DNA of 20,000 bases from an uncultured virus (IMG/VR IMGVR_UViG_3300032225_002272). Its lineage: Duplodnaviria > Heunggongvirae > Uroviricota > Caudoviricetes. Shown here one piece after another: positions 14,650-20,000 of the stretch; within the stretch, counting starts at the first letter, position 1; every line of letters begins with the position of its first letter. The translations under genes were made by a program, and so were the position numbers. The notes beneath the pieces are model-generated. The model had not been told where the DNA came from and did no database searches. It worked only from the letters and a program-made list of their open reading frames with translations. The stretch lies in IMG/VR virus record IMGVR_UViG_3300032225_002272, one strand, 5' to 3'.

Positions 14650-15459
14650 ATTTATTTTTCTTTTATAACAATTTTTATAAAATTCTGGATCGATTTCTTT
14701 TAATAGTTTATTTACATTTTTAACTTTTAATATCTCAGATGCTAGTTTAACCCATCCAATCTTTTTAAAATCTATACTACTACTTTTTAATTTATTTAAT
14801 CTTTCACTATAACTATCCAGTTTATTAATTTTTCTTTTATTCCAGTACTCTTCCCTATTCTTATATTTTTTTTCTTTCTTATTTTTTATATAAAATGGTA
14901 TATCGATTTTATTATTATTTTTAATATTTTCTAAAATAGAATCACACATTTCTAAATTATAAACAATTGAGTAGTGTACTTCATATATCGACCATCCTTT
15001 ATTTTTTATAAAACTATTTCTTTCACTATAGTAATCTTTAAGTTCTCCATTAGATTTATAATGTTGATTACCATTAATTTCTACAACCGAAGTGAACTCA
15101 GGTATTAAAATATCAACCGAATAGAATCTTTCTTTTGAAATCATAACCTCTTCCAAAAAGAAAATATTTCTACTTTTTAAGAATTTCTTAAACTCCTCAC
15201 AAGGCTTAGATTTATTTCCGTTTCTCCAAGGATGTTTAGATGTATTTTCTTTCAACCATTTTTTTCTACCTTCTGATATTAACTTTTTTGTTTCTCTTTT
15301 TACTTCATATTTTTTTAATTTCCAATTTTCTTTATTCAATAAACCTTTTTTTACAAAAGTTCTTAATTTTTTAATTGATATACTATACTTAATTAGTATA
15401 TCTTTTTGATAAAAAAGACCACTTTCAAAGTCTTTTTGAATATTTTCAAAGTCTAACAT
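14629..15459 (-). CDS. DUF559/Vsr-like PD-(D/E)xK endonuclease, probable free-standing homing endonuclease
   Basis: SKPCEEF..L...FYSVDIL....VVEINGNQHY...ERNSFIKNKGWSIYEV; NUMOD3-like ETKKLISEGRK; lies inside the tRNA array. Confidence 0.75.
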   Translation of the reverse strand: MLDFENIQKDFESGLFYQKDILIKYSISIKKLRTFVKKGLLNKENWKLKKYEVKRETKKLISEGRKKWLKENTSKHPWRNGNKSKPCEEFKKFLKSRNIFFLEEVMISKERFYSVDILIPEFTSVVEINGNQHYKSNGELKDYYSERNSFIKNKGWSIYEVHYSIVYNLEMCDSILENIKNNNKIDIPFYIKNKKEKKYKNREEYWNKRKINKLDSYSERLNKLKSSSIDFKKIGWVKLASEILKVKNVNKLLKEIDPEFYKNCYKRKINAEVVEW

Positions 15460-15512
15460 AATACAAACCTACATTTTACTTATATATTAATAAGACCAGT
15501 GTCCCTTTTTTG

Positions 15513-15591
15513 TACCCCAGGTAGGATTCGAACCTACATTTTCAGTTCCGTTACGATTAGTCGCTTAGAAGGCGACCTCGGCTACTGAGGC
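15513..15591 (-). tRNA. Atypical tRNA-Arg(UCU) lacking a D-arm, with a 22-nt variable region
   Basis: GCCTCAG/CTGGGGT acceptor, only TAGCCGAG before GTCGC CTTCTAA GCGAC, GTAGG TTCGAAT CCTAC T-arm. Confidence 0.7.
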
Positions 15592-15597
15592 GTTTTG

Positions 15598-15669
15598 CTC
15601 ACTGGGGGAATTACGATATCCCGACCTAACGGTTAACAGCCGTTTGCTCTGCCTCTGAGCTACCAGTGA
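15598..15669 (-). tRNA. tRNA-Asn(GUU)
   Basis: TCACTGG/CCAGTGA acceptor, G73, AACGG CTGTTAA CCGTT, T-loop ATCGTAA. Confidence 0.87.
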
Positions 15670-15675
15670 ATTTTG

Positions 15676-15760
15676 TCGGTAGGGTGGGATTTGAACCCAC
15701 GTTGTGATTTCTCACCTAGTGTATCAGACTAGTCCCTGAAGACCGCTCGGGTACCTACCG
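15676..15760 (-). tRNA. tRNA-Ile(GAU) with a class II-like long variable arm
   Basis: CGGTAGG/CCTACCG acceptor, A73, CTAGT CTGATAC ACTAG, variable hairpin GTGA GAAA TCAC. Confidence 0.82.
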
Positions 15761-15775
15761 TTATTTTTTGAACAT

Positions 15776-15808
15776 AAAAAAACCCTCAGATTTTGTGTCT
15801 GAGGGTTT
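15776..15808 (-). terminator. Intrinsic terminator (attenuator) upstream of the 18-element tRNA array
   Basis: AAACCCTCAGA-CACAAAA-TCTGAGGG-TTTTTTT, 15 nt before the first tRNA. Confidence 0.9.
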
Positions 15809-15838
15809 CGATTATCCTTTATTAAAATTTGTTACATA

Positions 15839-15949
15839 TTAACTAACAAATCGTTTAGATATGACGAAGCCCTCAGAGCGTCTAATACATAACGTATTAT
15901 TCACCACTGTCAGTGTATTCATGTTCATATTTAAATTCATTGTTTTCAT
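15839..15949 (-). CDS. Putative multi-amino-acid leader peptide MKTMNLNMNMNTLTVVNNTLCIRRSEGFVISKRFVS
   Basis: 36 codons; 23 of the first 24 residues are M/T/N/L/V/C/I/R, the specificities of the downstream tRNAs; TCTGAGGGCTTCG (15865-15877) pairs 12/13 with CGAAACCCTCAGA of the terminator 5' arm. Confidence 0.85.
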   Translation of the reverse strand: MKTMNLNMNMNTLTVVNNTLCIRRSEGFVISKRFVS

Positions 15950-15954
15950 TGTTG

Positions 15955-16127
15955 TATATATTAAAAAGTTTTTGTCCCTTTTGACTTATTTTATACAAAT
16001 ATAGATAAAAGTTTTAAGTTTGCCTAATTTTTTTCTAAAAATTTGTAAAACAATTGAAAGTTGTATCTAAATCGTTGCCTCTCTCAATTGTTATACAAAC
16101 ATAAGGAGATATTTTCATATCACCAAA
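15955..16127 (-). promoter_or_regulatory. Tandem Bacteroidota-type promoters plus AATATATA motif for tRNA array 2
   Basis: TTTG(16124-16127)-N20-TATGTTTG(16096-16103); TATATTTG(15996-16003); AATATATA(15955-15962); 15955-16034 closely resembles 5290-5370. Confidence 0.7.
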
Positions 16128-16132
16128 TTATT

Positions 16133-16390
16133 TTAATTTAATATTGATGGTGATACCCACTCGCTACTATTTAAGATCACTTCTATTTCTTCATAAGTAT
16201 AAGGACCTTCACTAGTAGTTAAGGTTTGTACAGAATCTGGAATTATATTCCCATCCCATTTAACTAATGTTTTTTGATTATTAACTGATTTTTTTAACCA
16301 TTGAGCAGATGTCTCTAATACTTCATCAAAGTTAATTTTATTTATTTCTGATACATTAAATATCATAAAGTTTCTGTCTGTGTAATCCAT
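16133..16390 (-). CDS. Small phage protein (fibre-gene associated)
   Basis: 85-aa ORF co-oriented downstream of the LamG protein. Confidence 0.7.
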   Translation of the reverse strand: MDYTDRNFMIFNVSEINKINFDEVLETSAQWLKKSVNNQKTLVKWDGNIIPDSVQTLTTSEGPYTYEEIEVILNSSEWVSPSILN

Positions 16391-16414
16391 TTTTTATTTG
16401 TATTTTTTTAAGGT

Positions 16415-16657
16415 TTAGATATTATCAGGTTTTGGATTATATACTATTAAATTCAAATCTTTGACCCAGATAAAGTTATTATTTACACAATTAATAATTT
16501 GTTGTGTTGAGATAAACCAATTATTATTAGCATCCTGTACAGGATTAAAATAATTATCATTGGTAAGTAATTGACCAACTAATTGATTTTTTTGATTCTC
16601 GGTTAAAATACCAACATAAATTGTTGGATCGTTTGGTGTTATATCTGTTATTTTCAT
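16415..16657 (-). CDS. Small phage protein (fibre-gene associated)
   Basis: 80-aa ORF starting 4 nt after the LamG gene stop. Confidence 0.7.
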   Translation of the reverse strand: MKITDITPNDPTIYVGILTENQKNQLVGQLLTNDNYFNPVQDANNNWFISTQQIINCVNNNFIWVKDLNLIVYNPKPDNI

Positions 16658-16661
16658 ATTA

Positions 16662-18416
16662 TTAAACGTTTCTTCCTAATGTTGTTTGAAATTTTTGTAC
16701 CGCGGTGTAAAAATTAGCAGCATCGGTTGCGGTTAATGCACCACCTAAAGAAGCAAAAGCAATGTTTGTTGTGTTATAATTTGTTGGTGAGCCATTTTGA
16801 TTTACCGCACCTAAATAATAATTGTAATTTGTAGTCATTGATGATGGTGAGGTGGTAAATATAGATGAGCCACTCTTATATAAAACAGCATTAGAATTAC
16901 TTGTAACAGTACCGTTAATAAATCCGGTAGTACTTGCAACTCCTGTTGTGATAAACGATTGTAGACCCATGAAAAAATTAGCTCCCGAACCGCCATTCCA
17001 TCCAAATAATTGAAATACACCTAAATCTAAAATACCATTATACTTAGAAGTGGATGGTAATGTTCTATTATATGAACTCCAGTGATTTAATCTATTAGGA
17101 ATTGCCGTAGTATTCATTGCTGCCATAGTATCTGCGTATCCTGATGTACCATCACCTGTAATACCGTTTGAATTATATGTCCATCCACCGTAGAAATTTA
17201 TTCTATAAGCCGCATCTAAATCTCTTGGATCTTTTAAGTTATATTTATTTGTCGTTGCAGAGCTACCAACAAAAGGATAAATTGCTGTCATTTTAGTCCA
17301 CAGCGAATAAGCTTTCAAATCAACAACTAATTGATTAACTGCTGTTTTTTCTGTTGCATTGGTTATACCAGCCGCAGTAAAGAAAGCAATAGCATCAGTA
17401 TCATAACCAAGATTAAATCTAGTTTGATATGCGGAATATAATTGAAGAACCTCAGTATCACTTAATTGTCTATTATACATTATTTGAACATATGAAACCA
17501 TTTTCAAATTATTAGCAGTATATCCATCTCTTCCCCATATTATTTCATGTTGAATAGCAGTTCTAGCAGCACTTGTTGAGCTGGTGACTGGAGATCCATT
17601 ATCAACATATCCTTTATGTGAATTACTACCATTACTTGATATAACATACATGTGTGGTACTGTTATATCTGTGGGTGTGATAGTACCTATATTAACCGCA
17701 TAAGAAAGAGAAGTATTACCCATATAAAAAGTTACGTTTTTAGTTGCCGTTACATTATTAATTAACCATCCAGTTCCGTCGTTATATTTATTATTTGCTA
17801 TTCCGCCAGTATTAGACCATATGGCTTGTGTACTTCTACAAATCATTACCCAAGTAAATGCCGCAGTATTAAATATTCCAAATCCAGATACGGTAGCACT
17901 ACAATATGATACATCATCTACTCCGTCAAACTGAAACCCTCCACCATATTCATTGACATAATAGGTACCATTTTGATATACTGAATATCCACCATTAGTA
18001 GTTGGATCCATAGTAGATGCCGTAAATCCACCTAAAGGATAAGAAAGAGTTGTTCCTATATCGGATATAAATGTAATACCATTAGTAGGAATTGCGGGAT
18101 AGTCAATGTTAAAAACAGTTTTATCAGTTTGTGTACTAAAGTAATAAAGACAATCATAAACCGTAGTATATGAAGACCCAACAATTTTATTTGTTAAAGA
18201 TATTAATTCAGCATCACTAGCCGCAACAAATATGCTTGGTCCTCCAGTAGCTTTACTAAGATATATTGCATATCCACCACTTGGAGGAGTTATTCCGTTC
18301 CAATAATCAGTATTTGTAGTTGTGCCTTTTGGAACATCACCGGTTCCAATCCAAAAGTTACCTTCTTTTAAGGCTAGTGTTTGAGCAGATGTACTATATT
18401 TAATTGCGTTTGGCAT
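16662..18416 (-). CDS. LamG/concanavalin-like domain virion protein (tail-fibre or decoration-like)
   Basis: Thr/Gly/Asn-rich; GGFQFDGVDD...YNRQLSDTEVLQLY LamG pattern; second beta-rich module LVVDLKAYSLWTKM..IYPFVG. Confidence 0.7.
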   Translation of the reverse strand: MPNAIKYSTSAQTLALKEGNFWIGTGDVPKGTTTNTDYWNGITPPSGGYAIYLSKATGGPSIFVAASDAELISLTNKIVGSSYTTVYDCLYYFSTQTDKTVFNIDYPAIPTNGITFISDIGTTLSYPLGGFTASTMDPTTNGGYSVYQNGTYYVNEYGGGFQFDGVDDVSYCSATVSGFGIFNTAAFTWVMICRSTQAIWSNTGGIANNKYNDGTGWLINNVTATKNVTFYMGNTSLSYAVNIGTITPTDITVPHMYVISSNGSNSHKGYVDNGSPVTSSTSAARTAIQHEIIWGRDGYTANNLKMVSYVQIMYNRQLSDTEVLQLYSAYQTRFNLGYDTDAIAFFTAAGITNATEKTAVNQLVVDLKAYSLWTKMTAIYPFVGSSATTNKYNLKDPRDLDAAYRINFYGGWTYNSNGITGDGTSGYADTMAAMNTTAIPNRLNHWSSYNRTLPSTSKYNGILDLGVFQLFGWNGGSGANFFMGLQSFITTGVASTTGFINGTVTSNSNAVLYKSGSSIFTTSPSSMTTNYNYYLGAVNQNGSPTNYNTTNIAFASLGGALTATDAANFYTAVQKFQTTLGRNV

Positions 18417-18432
18417 CTAAATAGTTAATTTT

Positions 18433-19746
18433 TTAAGCTACAGGAGCTGGACTAGCAGGTGATTCACCACCTTCTGGTTTAGCTCCTGGCTTTTCTTCAG
18501 TAGGTTTAGCTTCTTCTTCGTGACCTGGCTTAGCAGCATGAACTAAGTGTTCTATTTCTTTACAAACTTCATAAACAGTCATTCCTAAACAAAAAGCTGT
18601 TAAAGTAAATGATATTATTTTATACCAGCCTACTAAATCACCAGCATGTTCTAAAGTATGTGCAACCCAAGAAACTGTTGAGTGCATAGCACCTGAACCT
18701 GGGAACTCAATATGATTCAAAAGAGCACCTTCAGCAACTATACCAATAAGACCGGCTACTACACCACCCATTACCGCAAACTCATAAACACCTGGCCCAC
18801 CAGTTTGTTTAGTTACCCAACTAACACCTTGAAGTATTTTATTACCTTTATATTTAAGAACCGCTTCAAGTAATTTAACTAATGGAGAAAATACTAAACC
18901 TAATACTTTTAAGAAGAATTTACCCCACCATAAAAGTTTCTTACCTGTAGCAACTTCTGGATCTAAACCTTTTTGTCCTAAGAATTTCAAAATCCAATCC
19001 CAAACAGATTTCTTTTGTTCTTCTTCACCTTCTGCAGGTGCTGCCGCTTCTTCAGCTTCATTAATATTATAAAAATGTACTAAGATATCTTCTTCAACTC
19101 CAAAGAAAATACTTTCTTCAAGAGCTTCTGCTTCTTTCAAATTATCAGTTGCTTGTTTTTCAGCATCAGCTTGAGCTTTAACAAATAAATTACTAACAGC
19201 AACACTTGCTTTAGATTGTGTTACTTGAGCAACAGTAGTAGATAGTAATCCCCAATGTTGTAAAGTAGATTTTAATTGATTCAATTCATCCATTCTTTCT
19301 TTCTCTGGTGCTTTTTCAATCAAACCTTTAGCTTTTTCTTTATGTGTAGTTGATAATTCTTTAGCAAACTTTTGAATACTTGTAATCATACCTGACCAAA
19401 GATTCTTTGCCATTTCAACCATTGAAGCAACAAATTGCTTAATACCACCGGCTAACTTTTCAATTCTACTTTTAATAGTGTCTAATACTTTACCACCTTT
19501 ATCTTTAGCATAAGTAACGGCTTTATCTAACCATTCCCATTCTTCGTTTAATTTAACTTCTTCTGATATTAAATTCTCAGTGATAAATTGTTTTTCTTCT
19601 TCAGTAAAGATTGTAGACTTTATACAAAGATTCCAGAAATCTTTAGAGAAGTCATTAAGAATTTGCTTTTCAACTATGATAGCATTTTTCTCAAGTAACT
19701 GTTTAGATTCTTTTACAAATCTATTATATCCTTTTACATATTTCAT
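18433..19746 (-). CDS. Hypothetical membrane protein with MKYVKGYNRFVKE N-terminus (start revised to 19746)
   Basis: AATATATA just upstream of ATG 19746; amphipathic helices and hydrophobic segments (FAVMGGVVAGLIGIVA, IISFTLTAFCLGMTVY). Confidence 0.7.
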   Translation of the reverse strand: MKYVKGYNRFVKESKQLLEKNAIIVEKQILNDFSKDFWNLCIKSTIFTEEEKQFITENLISEEVKLNEEWEWLDKAVTYAKDKGGKVLDTIKSRIEKLAGGIKQFVASMVEMAKNLWSGMITSIQKFAKELSTTHKEKAKGLIEKAPEKERMDELNQLKSTLQHWGLLSTTVAQVTQSKASVAVSNLFVKAQADAEKQATDNLKEAEALEESIFFGVEEDILVHFYNINEAEEAAAPAEGEEEQKKSVWDWILKFLGQKGLDPEVATGKKLLWWGKFFLKVLGLVFSPLVKLLEAVLKYKGNKILQGVSWVTKQTGGPGVYEFAVMGGVVAGLIGIVAEGALLNHIEFPGSGAMHSTVSWVAHTLEHAGDLVGWYKIISFTLTAFCLGMTVYEVCKEIEHLVHAAKPGHEEEAKPTEEKPGAKPEGGESPASPAPVA

Positions 19747-19756
19747 AATGTATATA

Positions 19757-19954
19757 TTAAGATTGATTATTATTTTTTTGCCTTTGTATTTGTTGTTGAA
19801 GTTTTTTAGCTCTATATCCTTCAAGGTCTCTTTCAATAAACTTTCTTAATCTCATAGAAATATTAATAGAATTTTCTTCACAAAATTCTCTATATTCATT
19901 TAAGAGTTTTTCAGGAATTCGTAGTGAGAACATCTTGTCTTTAGGAGCTGACAT
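19757..19954 (-). CDS. Ribbon-helix-helix (Arc/CopG-like) DNA-binding protein
   Basis: KMFSLRIPEKLLNEYREFCEENSINISMRLRKFIE has the beta-strand/helix/helix RHH pattern. Confidence 0.7.
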   Translation of the reverse strand: MSAPKDKMFSLRIPEKLLNEYREFCEENSINISMRLRKFIERDLEGYRAKKLQQQIQRQKNNNQS

Positions 19955-20000
19955 ATTAAGATTATATTTTTATGTATATATAAAATGTATATACATCCCA

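Noticed and set aside
13349..15760. CRISPR-like periodic repeats (GGxTTCGAAxCC, GGTTACGATCCGAC)
   Set aside because: The repeats are T-arms of tandem tRNA genes, not direct repeats with spacers
16049..16092. Hairpin AACAATTGAGAG/CTTTCAATTGTT between the tandem promoters
   Set aside because: A single AT-rich stem with no counterpart in the other promoter cassette; not enough to call an ncRNA or operator
2057..19849. Shadow ORFs 2057-2299, 7492-7731, 9419-9709, 16835-17020, 19580-19849
   Set aside because: Antisense or alternate-frame ORFs inside longer, better-supported genes
1..20000. Stop-codon reassignment as seen in some huge phages
   Set aside because: Known genes (glnS, gltX, csp, peptidase) are full length in code 11 and no suppressor anticodon is present in the window

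Overview
AT-rich segment that most likely comes from a large (jumbo/huge) T4-like phage of Bacteroidota. Support: TTTG-N19/20-TAnnTTTG promoters, a recurrent AATATATA motif just upstream of start codons, a neck-protein-like gene, a LamG fibre-like gene, two tRNA arrays (about 23 tRNA or tRNA-like elements, none with encoded CCA), GlnRS, GluRS, a cold-shock protein and an M28 peptidase. The main observation is three unannotated leader-peptide attenuators (short ORF, antiterminator strand, intrinsic terminator), each placed in front of a tRNA group. Each leader is rich in the amino acids whose tRNAs follow. MRTTSQYQQQQINPTD precedes two tRNA-Gln and glnS. A PQPQ..DQDP leader precedes tRNA-Pro/Asp/Pro/Gln/Gln. 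MKTMNLNMNMNTLTVVNNTLCIRR... precedes an 18-element Ile/Asn/Arg/Leu/Val/Cys/Thr/Met array. This suggests a phage system that senses shortage of charged tRNAs and switches on replacement tRNA cassettes. Many of the tRNAs are structurally atypical: long variable arms on Ile, Thr and fMet, an A54/U58 T-loop swap, and a D-armless Arg. All family calls are by eye; no database searches were run.
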